From an uncultured Acidobacteriota bacterium (GTDB taxonomy: Bacteria; Acidobacteriota; Vicinamibacteria; Vicinamibacterales; 2-12-FULL-66-21), in assembly GCA_963773005.1 (NCBI GenBank), contig CAVYZR010000006.1:588805-652804 (forward strand): 64,000 nucleotides of DNA. The letters run 5' to 3'. Within the stretch, counting starts at the first letter, position 1. The number at the start of each line of letters is the position of its first letter. This document shows positions 1 to 10,351 of the stretch, piece by piece. The notes under the pieces were generated by a model. That model did no database searches, was not told the origin of the DNA, and saw only the letters and a list, made by a program, of their open reading frames with translations. The position numbers and the translations under genes were made by a program.

Positions 1-378
1 GTCGAGTCCGACCTGGCCGCCATCGCGCGACGCTTGCGGTCCATAATCCGGGCCGTCGACGTGAGCACGGTTGAGACCGTGCGGCTCGGCGACAACGCCG
101 CCACCTATGGCGTCGGGCCGAAGAAGATGACCGACGGCTACGCCTACATCATGCCCATGCGCGGCTACATCAATCTCGGCTTCTATCAAGGGGCGGTGCT
201 GGCGGACCCCGAACGGCTGCTGGAAGGCACCGGCAAGGGGCTGCGTCACGTAAAAATCCGCTCCCTGGCCGAGGCCAACCGCCCCCCTGTTCGGGCGCTG
301 GTGGCAACGGCACTCGCTCGGCGACGGAGTGGTGCGACCGGTCCGGCCCGGGCGTCCACTCCGCGCCGCTCGAGGTGA
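1..378 (+). CDS. DUF1801 (YdhG-like) domain protein, 5' end outside window
   Basis: Frame 1 is open from the window edge to the stop at 376-378. The segment YINLGFYQGAVLADPERLLEGTGKGLRHVKIRS resembles the DUF1801 family (recalled from memory, no search). Confidence 0.55.
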   Translation, partial: VESDLAAIARRLRSIIRAVDVSTVETVRLGDNAATYGVGPKKMTDGYAYIMPMRGYINLGFYQGAVLADPERLLEGTGKGLRHVKIRSLAEANRPPVRALVATALARRRSGATGPARASTPRRSR

Positions 379-403
379 GCAGGATCTGCTCGAACTCTGC
401 CGT

Positions 404-643
404 TCATGGCTTAACCTCGTCGATGTCACTTAACGTCCAGACCTTGTCGAGGAGCGTCTTCTCCGGACCATAGAACCGCAGGATCGCCTCGAGGCTCCCG
501 CCGGCTTTCTTGTCGGAATCCAATTCGTGTCCTCGCTGGGCAGTGAGTGCGGGCCGATGCAGGTTGACCGAACTGTCCGGGTTCTTCCGTAGCCTTGTGA
601 CCTGCGATGAGCGGCTGGCATACCTGTCAGGTTCTAAGCACAA
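404..643 (-). CDS. small hypothetical protein or gene fragment
   Basis: 79-aa ORF. The C-terminal half (SLEAILRFYGPEKTLLDKVWTLSDIDEVKP) has GC-rich third codon positions, but no family was recognised. It lies next to the partial tRNA-Ser repeat. Confidence 0.25.
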   Translation of the reverse strand: MCLEPDRYASRSSQVTRLRKNPDSSVNLHRPALTAQRGHELDSDKKAGGSLEAILRFYGPEKTLLDKVWTLSDIDEVKP

Positions 644-686
644 CGCGCGTTCAGCTGAAGTAGACGGGTTGACCCGTCTTGGTAGG

Positions 687-713
687 GGTGTGTTTGGTGG
701 AGAGGGTGGGATT
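687..713. repeat. partial copy of the tRNA-Ser 3' end (direct repeat of 3843-3869)
   Basis: GGTGTGTTTGGTGGAGAGGGTGGGATT matches GGTGTGTTTGGCGGAGAGGGTGGGATT at 3843-3869 in 26 of 27 positions. The second copy covers the last 19 nt of tRNA-Ser plus 8 nt beyond its 3' end. Confidence 0.7.
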
Positions 714-817
714 TCCTATCGTCCGAAAAATGGTCCGGCATGAGAGACTGAACTCTGCTGAAATCTGGAAAGGCGATGACCTATCATCGGCAGCGTTCAC
801 AAAAGGGAGAATCGCGT

Positions 818-3247
818 ATGAACCATCGCCGCATCAGTACCGCACTGAGTTCGCTCGTCACTTCCGGCGCCATGCTGTTGCTGGCCGCTGCGGGCGCCTT
901 GGCCGGGCAGGATGTTCCCATCGTTCAGCCGGGCGCACCGGGTCAGAAGACCACGAAGCTGACGGCGCCGCAGGCGGTGAAGCTCGCCGACACGCGCTAC
1001 ACCGCGGACGATGTCACGTTCATGCGGGACATGATCCATCACCATGACCAGGCCGTGCAGATGGCCGAAGCCGTGAAGGACCGCACCAACGTGCCCGAAC
1101 TGGTTGCGGTGGCCGGCCGGATCAACGCGTCGCAGGCTGACGAAATCGCCTTCATGCAGCATTGGCTCCGTGAACGCGGCGAGAGCGTGCCGGATGCGTC
1201 GATGCATCGCGGGATGGATATGAAGGGCACCATGGTCGGCATGGCCTCGCCCGCCGACATGGCCAGGCTCGCGACCTTGAAGGGCGCCGACTTCGACCGT
1301 CTTTTCCTGACCTTGATGATCGCCCATCACGACGGCGCGCTGAAGATGGTCGACGCCCTCGTGAATAGGCCCGGCAGCGCCTACGATCCAGTGTTGTTCC
1401 AATTCACCAGCGACGTGAAGAGCGGACAGAAAGCCGAGATCGACCGGATGAGCGCGCTCCTGGGCACACTCGCGACCGACCCCCGCGTGGCGCTTGCGGC
1501 CGGGTTCAAGGACGCCGGACAGGCGGCGAGCAATCTTGCGCTGGTCGCGACGCTGGGCAAACCCACCGGCTTCTTCGATCCGGCCAACGTCGCAGATTTG
1601 CCGCTACCCAAGCCAAAGAAGAAGACTGATGGCGCCAAGCCCGCCGCCGCCAACGGCCAGTCCAATGACGGCACCGAATGGAGTGACCGTTCCCCACTGC
1701 TCTCTTTCGCGCAGACCGACATGGCGTTTAGGGGCGATGTGCTGGTAACCGGCAATTACCACGGCTTCAATATCTACCGCCTTACCGATGCGAAAGCGCC
1801 AACCCTGCTCAGCTCGGTGGTCTGTCCAGGCGGACAGGGCGATGTCTCCATCGTGGGAAATCTCCTGATCATGTCGGTTGAACAGACACGCGGCCGCGTG
1901 GACTGCGGGCGTCAGGGCGTGATCGAGGATGTGAGCAAGGACCGTTTTCGCGGTCTGCGTATCTTCGACATTTCGGACCTCACAAGCCCCCAGCAGGTCG
2001 GCCAGGTGCAGACCTGCCGCGGATCGCACACCCATTCGGTGGTGTTCGAGGACAAGGACCGTATCGTCGTCTACAACTCCGGCACGGCCGGGGTCCGCAA
2101 GGGAGAGGAGTTGGCTGGCTGCGTCGGCGGAGTGCCGGGCGACAACCGCACTGCCCTTTTCCGCATCGATGTGATCGAAATCCCCAAGGCCGATCCGTCG
2201 AAGTCGCGCATCGTCGACAGCCCCGCCGTCTTCGCGGACGAAGCCACCGGGCGCCTCGCCGGATTGTGGATGGGCGGCCATCACGGTGACGGCACGCAGG
2301 AAACGAGCGAAACCGACCAATGCCACGACATCACGGTGTTCCCCACTCGCAAGCTTGCGGCTGGCGCCTGCTCGGGCAACGGGATCATCTTCGACATCTC
2401 AGACCCGCTGAAGCCGAAGCGGCTCGACGTGGTGACCGACAAGGGTTTTGCCTATTGGCATTCGGCGACCTTCAACAACGACGGCACGAAGGTGATCTTC
2501 ACCGACGAATGGGGCGGTGGTTCGCGCCCGCGCTGCCGGTCCTACGATCCTCGCAACTGGGGCGCCGATGCGATCTACGACATCGTCTCTAACAAGCTGA
2601 TCTATCGTGGCACCTACAAACTGCCCGCTGCGCAGACCGAGAATGAAAATTGCGTCGCGCACAACGGCTCGATCGTGCCGGTGCCGGGTCGCGATATCTT
2701 CGTGCAGGCGTGGTATCAGGGCGGCCTGTCGGTGATTGATTTCACCGACAGCACGAAGCCAACCGAGATCGCCTTTTTCGACCGCGGTCCAATCAGCGAC
2801 AAGGCCGAGGTCCTCGGCGGCTACTGGTCCACTTACTGGTACAACGGCCGGATCTACGGCACCGAAATCGCCCGTGGTTTGGACGTGCTGGAACTCTCGC
2901 CTAGCAAATATCTAACTGCGAGCGAAATTGCGGCGGCGAAACTGGCGAATCAAGGTGGCACCTTCAACCCGCAGCAGCAGTATCCGGTCAGTTGGCCCGA
3001 TGCGCCAGTCGTGGCGCGCGCCTATATCGACCAACTGCAGCGTGACGGCGGCTTCACCGCGGCCAACGTCGCGACACTTTCGGCCATGCTGGACAAGGCC
3101 CAGGCGATACTCGACGCCGGACTGAAGGACGCGGGCGTGGCCGCCGAGCTGCGAACCCATGCCGGGCATCTGGCCGGTGCTGCGGCCGGCACACGCAAGG
3201 CGATGCTGGCGAAGGCAATGGAAGCGATCGCCGCCAAGCTCAGCTGA
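818..3247 (+). CDS. secreted DUF305 + LVIVD-repeat beta-propeller fusion protein
   Basis: ATG at 818 follows GGGAGA (the ORF track starts at 776). Signal-like N-terminus. Two DUF305-type His motifs (FMRDMIHHHDQAVQMAE, FLTLMIAHHDGALKMV). The following ~550 aa are highly similar by eye to the 660-aa protein at 16904-18886 (VCPGGQGD, QTCRGSHTH, QCHDITVF, ENCVAHNGS). Confidence 0.85.
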   Translation: MNHRRISTALSSLVTSGAMLLLAAAGALAGQDVPIVQPGAPGQKTTKLTAPQAVKLADTRYTADDVTFMRDMIHHHDQAVQMAEAVKDRTNVPELVAVAGRINASQADEIAFMQHWLRERGESVPDASMHRGMDMKGTMVGMASPADMARLATLKGADFDRLFLTLMIAHHDGALKMVDALVNRPGSAYDPVLFQFTSDVKSGQKAEIDRMSALLGTLATDPRVALAAGFKDAGQAASNLALVATLGKPTGFFDPANVADLPLPKPKKKTDGAKPAAANGQSNDGTEWSDRSPLLSFAQTDMAFRGDVLVTGNYHGFNIYRLTDAKAPTLLSSVVCPGGQGDVSIVGNLLIMSVEQTRGRVDCGRQGVIEDVSKDRFRGLRIFDISDLTSPQQVGQVQTCRGSHTHSVVFEDKDRIVVYNSGTAGVRKGEELAGCVGGVPGDNRTALFRIDVIEIPKADPSKSRIVDSPAVFADEATGRLAGLWMGGHHGDGTQETSETDQCHDITVFPTRKLAAGACSGNGIIFDISDPLKPKRLDVVTDKGFAYWHSATFNNDGTKVIFTDEWGGGSRPRCRSYDPRNWGADAIYDIVSNKLIYRGTYKLPAAQTENENCVAHNGSIVPVPGRDIFVQAWYQGGLSVIDFTDSTKPTEIAFFDRGPISDKAEVLGGYWSTYWYNGRIYGTEIARGLDVLELSPSKYLTASEIAAAKLANQGGTFNPQQQYPVSWPDAPVVARAYIDQLQRDGGFTAANVATLSAMLDKAQAILDAGLKDAGVAAELRTHAGHLAGAAAGTRKAMLAKAMEAIAAKLS

Positions 3248-3462
3248 TCAGGGGGCGCTCACTATTCGGCGCCGACCTCGACACGGGAGACAGCGGGGCT
3301 GCAAGAGCCCTCGCCGCCGAGCGGATGCATGCGCCCACGCCGCGGCCTGCGCCGGCCTTGCTCCAGGGCGCAAGACGTCGGCGGCGCCGAGGGGCGAGGT
3401 CAAAGCCGGCAATTCATATCATCGACGGAGCGGATCGCGGGCAGCAGGTCAACTCCATCCGC

Positions 3463-3667
3463 TCAATCGTACTCTGGAGCCTCGACCGTGCCATACGGGC
3501 GCCCGCCCAGCAGCACGAGGTTCGTCGGCACGCGGAGCGCTGTACACGCCGGCCGGCAGGGTGCCCTTCCAGCCAGGACCGACGATCGCGAAGTGGCCAC
3601 CTTTGCTACCAACCGTGCGCGAGCCTGGCGCGTGCGACGCGTTGTTCCAAGCGTCTACGGTGGCCTG
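3463..3667 (-). pseudogene. DUF1254-like gene remnant (frame-broken fragment)
   Basis: Minus-strand translation gives GSKGGHFAIVGPGWKGTLPAGVYSAP and, after a frame change, PTNLVLLGGRPYGTVEAPEYD. This resembles the GPGWKG..P.G..sPTn core of DUF1254-type proteins. There is no start codon and no intact frame. Confidence 0.35.
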
Positions 3668-3850
3668 GTTTCACGCTTCACCGCAGACGCTCGCCATGGC
3701 TGATCACTTAGGACCAGGTCTTCGGGTGATCAGGTGGCCGAGCGGACACTAGCAGAAGCGCACCGCCGAGTACCGAGGACTCTGTAAGGTTTCGTCCTCA
3801 GAGGGCGTTCATCCAAGTACGCGAGAACCCCATAACGATGGAGGTGTGTT

Positions 3851-3939
3851 TGGCGGAGAGGGTGGGATTCGAACCCACGTGCCCTTTCGGACAAGACGCT
3901 TTCGAGGCGCCCCCGTTACGACCACTTCGGTACCTCTCC
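3851..3939 (-). tRNA. tRNA-Ser (anticodon CGA), class II with long variable arm, CCA encoded
   Basis: Reverse complement is GGAGAGGTACCGAAGTGGTCGTAACGGGGGCGCCTCGAAAGCGTCTTGTCCGAAAGGGCACGTGGGTTCGAATCCCACCCTCTCCGCCA. It folds by hand into a cloverleaf with anticodon loop CTCGAAA, variable stem TGTCC/GGGCA and T-loop TTCGAAT. Confidence 0.9.
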
Positions 3940-4136
3940 GTTACTTACTGCGCTCGCCGCCCTTCGGGGCTTCACCCCGCGCTTGCTTGCCCGGACCGCG
4001 AGGACGACCTGCTAGAGACCGCGCAGATCGCTCGAGACAATTCTCTATTCTACCCCGAACCGCCCGTCAGGTAGCATGGTGAGCTCGACATCCAATCGCG
4101 GTGACACAGCGTAAAGAGGGTGTCGAGGAAGAACCT

Positions 4137-6479
4137 ATGGTTCGGATCGCTCGAATTCTCACATCTCTCCCGCTCCGCGTGGCTGGGTTCGTGATTCTGG
4201 CCGGCTCGGTCGCCTCGGCGCAGCCGCTGCTCACAGGCCGCGTGCGGGACGAGACCGGTGCGGCATTGCCGGGCGTACTCGTTGAACTCCGGTCGGGCAA
4301 TACCGCGGTCGGCCAGACGAATACGAACGATCGCGGCGAGTATCGGTTCGACGCCGCCCGTTCTGGACGGTTCGAACTCTCGTTCACGCTCGTGAACTTC
4401 GCGACGGTCCGGCGCCCGGTCACGATCGGCCCTGACGCACAGACGGTGGACGCGATTCTCTATCTCGTCCTCAGCGCAGACGTCACGGTGACTGGCAAGT
4501 CGACATTCACGAACCTCGCCGACGTACCCTCGCCGGAACAGGATCTGGTCGGGATCGCCCAATCCTCTAGTCAGGGCGCGGTCACCGCGCGGCAGCTCGA
4601 CACGCGCCCGATCATGCGGCCCGGCGAAGTCCTCGAAACCGTTCCGGGCGTCGTCATCAGCCAGCACAGCGGCGAGGGCAAGGCCAACCAATACTTTTTG
4701 CGCGGCTTCAACCTCGATCACGGCACTGACTTCGCAACGACGGTCGCGGGCATGCCGGTGAACATGCCGACGCACGGTCACGGCCACGGCTACTCCGATC
4801 TCAACTTCCTGATCCCGGAGCTCGCGAGCGGCGTTCAATTCTCAAAGGGCCCGTACTTCGCCGAGCACGGCGACTTTGCGACCGCTGGCACCGCCAACAT
4901 CAACTATACGAATACCCTCGCGCGTCCGATCGTTCGCGTCGGCGGCGGCAACGACGCCTTCGGACGCATGCTGCTCGCAGCAGCGCCGACTGTCGGCAGT
5001 GGCACACTCCTCGCCGCACTCGAGCTCGAGCACAGCGACGGCCCTTGGGAACAACCGGACGATCTGCGTAAGTTCAACGGGTTGATTCGCTATACGCGAG
5101 GCGATGGACGCAACGGCCTGTCGGCGACGCTCATGGGTTATCGCGGAACGTGGAACTCGACCGATCAGATCCCGACGCGCGCGGTGGACGACGGTCGCAT
5201 CGGCCGATTCGGCCTGGTCGATCCGACCGATGGTGGAAAGTCGTCGCGCTACAGCGCGTCGATCGAGTGGCAGCGCAGCAGCGGGAACGCCAGCACCACG
5301 CTCAGCGCCTACGGCCTCAAATACGACCTCGACCTGTTCTCGAACTTCACCTATTTCCTCGACGACCCCGAGAACGGCGATCAGTTCCAGCAGACCGATC
5401 ACCGGTTCGTGAGCGGGGCGCGCCTCACCCACCGACGCATCGGCCGGTGGCTGGATCGCCCGACGCAGAATACCGTCGGCGTCCAATTCAGGAACGACAA
5501 CATCGACGACATCGGCCTCTATCACACGCGCGAGCGTGAGCGGCTCGAGACGATCCGTCAGGATTCGGTGATCCAGACCAGTGCGGGTGCTTTCGCTCAG
5601 AACGAGACCGAGTGGACGCCGTGGCTGCGGACGCTCGCCGGCGTGCGCGTCGACGGGTATCGCTTCGATGTCACCGCCGGCATCACCGAGAACGGCGGCA
5701 CCGACTACGCAGAACTCGTCAGCCCGAAAGGCGGCGCGGTCTTTGGACCGTTCGCAAAGACCGAGGTCTACGTCAACGCCGGCCTCGGCTTTCACAGCAA
5801 CGACGCGCGCGGAGCGACCATCACCGTCGATCCGGTGACCGGCGAACCGGCCAGCCGCGTGACGCCGCTCGCGCGAGCGACTGGGGCGGAAATCGGCATC
5901 AGAACTGTACGCATCCCCAGGATGCAGATGACCGTCACGGCGTGGACTCTCGGGCTCGATTCCGAGCTCGTGTTCGTGGGCGACGCTGGAACAACAGCCC
6001 CCGGCCGCCCGAGCCGCCGCCAGGGGATCGAGTGGACGACGTACTACACGCCAAGGCCGTGGCTGATCTTCGACGCCGACCTCGCGCTCTCCAAGGGGCG
6101 GTTCACCGACGCCGATCCGGCAGGAGACCACATCCCCGGCGCCGTCGCCACGGTCGTGTCGGCCGGCGCAACCGTGGACAGCGTGCACAATGTGTTCGGC
6201 AGCGTCCGCTGGCGATACTTCGGCCCGCGCGCGCTCGTCGAGGACGACACCATCCGCTCGAAGGCGACGAGCCTCGTCAACCTCACCGCCGGATTCAAGT
6301 TCACGCCTTCACTGCGCGTCGCGCTCGAGGTGTTCAACCTCTTCAACGCAGCCGACAGCGACATCGACTATTTCTACCGGTCGCGTCTCCCAGGCGAGCC
6401 TGCCGGCGGTATCGACGATTTCCACATTCACCCTGCTGCGCCGCGGAGTGCACGGATCAACTTGATATTTGGATTCTGA
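4137..6479 (+). CDS. TonB-dependent receptor with N-terminal CarboxypepD_reg-like domain
   Basis: Signal peptide MVRIARILTSLPL...ASAQ (the ORF track starts at 4101). GRVRDETGAALPGVLVELRS module. Plug-like region VTARQLDTRPIMRPGEVLETVPGV. Long beta-barrel ending in the aromatic terminus INLIFGF. Confidence 0.85.
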   Translation: MVRIARILTSLPLRVAGFVILAGSVASAQPLLTGRVRDETGAALPGVLVELRSGNTAVGQTNTNDRGEYRFDAARSGRFELSFTLVNFATVRRPVTIGPDAQTVDAILYLVLSADVTVTGKSTFTNLADVPSPEQDLVGIAQSSSQGAVTARQLDTRPIMRPGEVLETVPGVVISQHSGEGKANQYFLRGFNLDHGTDFATTVAGMPVNMPTHGHGHGYSDLNFLIPELASGVQFSKGPYFAEHGDFATAGTANINYTNTLARPIVRVGGGNDAFGRMLLAAAPTVGSGTLLAALELEHSDGPWEQPDDLRKFNGLIRYTRGDGRNGLSATLMGYRGTWNSTDQIPTRAVDDGRIGRFGLVDPTDGGKSSRYSASIEWQRSSGNASTTLSAYGLKYDLDLFSNFTYFLDDPENGDQFQQTDHRFVSGARLTHRRIGRWLDRPTQNTVGVQFRNDNIDDIGLYHTRERERLETIRQDSVIQTSAGAFAQNETEWTPWLRTLAGVRVDGYRFDVTAGITENGGTDYAELVSPKGGAVFGPFAKTEVYVNAGLGFHSNDARGATITVDPVTGEPASRVTPLARATGAEIGIRTVRIPRMQMTVTAWTLGLDSELVFVGDAGTTAPGRPSRRQGIEWTTYYTPRPWLIFDADLALSKGRFTDADPAGDHIPGAVATVVSAGATVDSVHNVFGSVRWRYFGPRALVEDDTIRSKATSLVNLTAGFKFTPSLRVALEVFNLFNAADSDIDYFYRSRLPGEPAGGIDDFHIHPAAPRSARINLIFGF

Positions 6480-6480
6480 C

Positions 6481-6813
6481 GACGACTGACGACACACGAC
6501 AGTCGGGAGTCGGGGGTCGGAAGTCGGCAATCACAGTCGGCAGTCTGAGTCGGCAGTTCCAGTCTCATCCGGGGGACTTCGTCCCCCGGACCCCCTTACA
6601 CGCTCGCTCGCGGGGACCCCGACGCCCCGCTCCGCTCGCGTGGCTCACTCGCTACGCTCGTGCGCGCCACTAATGAGATGGCTTCTAGTCGCATCGCCTC
6701 CCCGCGCCCTGAAGGCGCTCGATACTGACTGAGACTGCCGACTCGGACTATCGACTCAGACTGTCGACGGTGACTCTCGACTCTCGACTCCCGATTCCCG
6801 ACTGCCGACTGTC
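6481..6813. repeat. composite intergenic element: GTCGGNN heptamer arms flanking an R1 core
   Basis: Left arm 6481-6565 is (GTCGGNN)n. Right arm 6721-6813 is the reverse-complement word (NNCCGAC)n. The R1 element (6569-6686) lies between the arms. Confidence 0.8.
6569..6686 (+). repeat. R1 element copy 1 (~118 nt GC-rich repeat)
   Basis: CCGGGGGACTTCGTCCCCCGG hairpin followed by ACCCCCTTACACGCTCGCTCGCGGGGACCCCGACGCCCCGCTCCGCTCGCGTGGCTC... Positions 6569-6646 are identical to 53026-53103. Confidence 0.85.
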
Positions 6814-6920
6814 TGTCCCTGTCTAGTCCCCAATCCATTCCCATCTCCCTCCCGTAGTACGAGTCGAACGCGCGGTGCGCGCCTCATCACAGGCCGGAAG
6901 AAATGAAAGGAAGGATTCTC

Positions 6921-8707
<1,787 letters not shown>

Positions 8708-8801
8708 TACTCGCGGCTCGCATCTCGCGATAAGGGGTCGGAGAGAGCAACGGCGAATTGCGAGCTGCGAGCCGCGATTTCACTTCAGAGAAGGACAGTC
8801 C

Positions 8802-9708
8802 ATGAGAGTTCCAGCTCGACTTCGCTCGGTCCTCTGCCTGACGCTCTTCATCGTCGCAGCCGGCTCGGGGCTTGCCGCCCACGACTTCTGGCTCGAACCA
8901 TCGACATTCGCGCCTGGTGTCGATGAGCTCGTCCGGATTCACCTTCGCATCGGCGAGCGATTTGCTGGCGAATCGCTCGCGCGCAACGGGTCCCTGATCG
9001 AGAAGTTCGTGATCGTCGGCCCATCAGGCGAGCGGCCGGTGCTGGGCCGCGACGGCATGGATCCCGCGGGCCTGGTGCGCCTCGATGCGCCCGGCATCTG
9101 GTTCGTCGGTTATCGCAGCCGGCCGAGCGCGGTCGAACTCGCGCCAGAGAAGTTCGAGCAATACCTGCGCGAAGAAGGGCTCGAGCACATCATCCAGGAA
9201 CGGGTCGCGCGCAAGGAGGCGCTGCTGCCGGTACGCGAGCGCTTCTCGCGCAGCGTGAAGTCGCTCCTGCGGTACGGCGGCGACCAGACGGTTCAAGGAT
9301 ACGACCGCGCGCTGGGCATGACGCTCGAGTTCGTACTCGACGCCGATCCTGCGCGCGCCTCCGGCGGTCGTGTACCGGTTCGACTCCTGAGAGACGGCCG
9401 TCCGCTCCCCGAAGCGCTGGTTGTCGCTTATCGCAGGGATTCGATCACGGCACTTCCTGGCCCAGCCAGTCAGGGCAAAGCAAGCGAGAGTCGCGAAGCA
9501 AACGAAGGCCGCGCGAGCAAACGAAAGCCGCGGAGCAAACGAAAGCAACGAAGCGCTGCGTGCCAGGACCGACAAGGACGGTCGGATCGTTCTTCCAGTG
9601 TCGAGCGGCGTGTGGCTGCTCAAAACGGTCTACATGGAGCGTGCCGCCGCCGGCAGCGGCGCCGATTGGGAGAGCGTCTGGAGCGCGCTGACGTTCAAAG
9701 TGGGTTGA
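8802..9708 (+). pseudogene. DUF4198 domain protein, reading frame broken in an internal tandem repeat
   Basis: ATG at 8802 follows AGAAGGA. Signal peptide plus AHDFWLEP (DUF4198 hallmark as I recall it). The conserved C-terminus ARTDKDGRIVLPVSSGVWLLKTVYME...WSALTFKV (stop 9706-9708) is in a different frame (ORF 9421..9708). The frame switch lies within 9498-9555. Confidence 0.7.
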
Positions 9709-9859
9709 TCAGCTTCCAGCTTCCAGCTGCCAGCTGCCAGCTGCCAGCTAGACCATTCTGAGCTCAGTCGACCGGCTAGGCTCTAAATGGTCTTAGCTGG
9801 TAGCTGGTAGCTGGAAGCCGGAAGCTGGTAGCTGGTAGCTGGCAGCGGGAAGCTGACAG
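9709..9859. repeat. CAGCTKC heptamer-armed hairpin filling a convergent spacer
   Basis: Left arm (CAGCTKC)x6 at 9709-9750, loop 9751-9793, right arm (KAGCTGG)x9 at 9794-9859. It occupies every base between the stop codons at 9706-9708 and 9860-9862. Confidence 0.85.
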
Positions 9860-10351
9860 TCATTCCCGTCGCTCCGCGAAAAACGCCTGCATGATCTGGC
9901 GGCATTCCTCCTCGAGCACGCCACCGGTGACCTGGAGGCGGTGATTCAACCCGGGCATTTCATGAGCGCGGCTGGCCGACACGAGCGCGCCGGCCTTCGG
10001 CTCGGCGGCGCCGAACACGACGCGGGCGATGCGCGCGTGAATCATCGCGCCGACGCACATCAGGCAGGGCTCGACGGTGACGTAAAGCGACGATCCGATC
10101 AGGCGATAGTTGCCGAGTGTGCGCGCGGCGGCGCGGAGCGCCACCACCTCGGCATGCGCTGTCGGATCCACGGCTAATATCGGCTGATTGAACCCGGTGC
10201 CAACGACGCGGCCTTCGTGGAGAATGACGGCGCCGACTGGAACCTCGCCGGACACACGTGCTCGTTCCGCCTCGGCCAGAGCAAGCCGCATCACGTCTTT
10301 GTCGGCCTGGGCGTGCCGGTCGTGCACTGGGTCGTGCACTGGGTGGCTCAC
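9860..10351 (-). CDS. tadA: tRNA adenosine(34) deaminase
   Basis: HAEVVALRAAA...VTVEPCLMCVGAM deaminase zinc motifs. The likely GTG start at 10351 overlaps the upstream stop (GTGA). The 484-aa track ORF is a GC-driven N-terminal extension. Confidence 0.85.
   Translation of the reverse strand: MSHPVHDPVHDRHAQADKDVMRLALAEAERARVSGEVPVGAVILHEGRVVGTGFNQPILAVDPTAHAEVVALRAAARTLGNYRLIGSSLYVTVEPCLMCVGAMIHARIARVVFGAAEPKAGALVSASRAHEMPGLNHRLQVTGGVLEEECRQIMQAFFAERRE

Noticed and set aside
3159-3752. Plus-strand ORFs 3159..3752, 3325..3711 and 3329..3703 between the fusion gene and tRNA-Ser.
   Set aside because: They are three mutually overlapping Arg-rich frames with no motifs. The only homology-like signal in this stretch is the broken DUF1254-like fragment on the minus strand.
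714-3842. Calling the tRNA-Ser-bounded interval an active integrative mobile element.
   Set aside because: No integrase, excisionase, transposase or conjugation gene was found in or next to it. Only the direct repeat supports a mobile origin, so it is reported as a hypothesis rather than annotated as a mobile element.
4842-6188. Long antisense or alternative-frame ORFs, for example 4842..6188(-), 5612..6673(+), 21563..22804(-), 25637..26890(+), 37314..38477(-), 54518..55810(+), 55627..56988(+), 58153..59400(+), 47154..47855(-).
   Set aside because: They overlap genes with clear family signatures on the other strand or frame. They are Arg/Ala/Pro/Gly-rich in the way expected from stop-codon-poor high-GC DNA. 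None shows any recognisable motif.
6596-6844. R1 copies considered as coding for a shared peptide. ORFs 6596..6844(-) and 53053..53250(-) both end in REPRERSGASGSPRASV.
   Set aside because: The shared peptide simply reflects the 78-nt identical DNA. The diverged copies (16752, 30608, 57109) do not keep any frame open or conserved, and no start or RBS context is shared.
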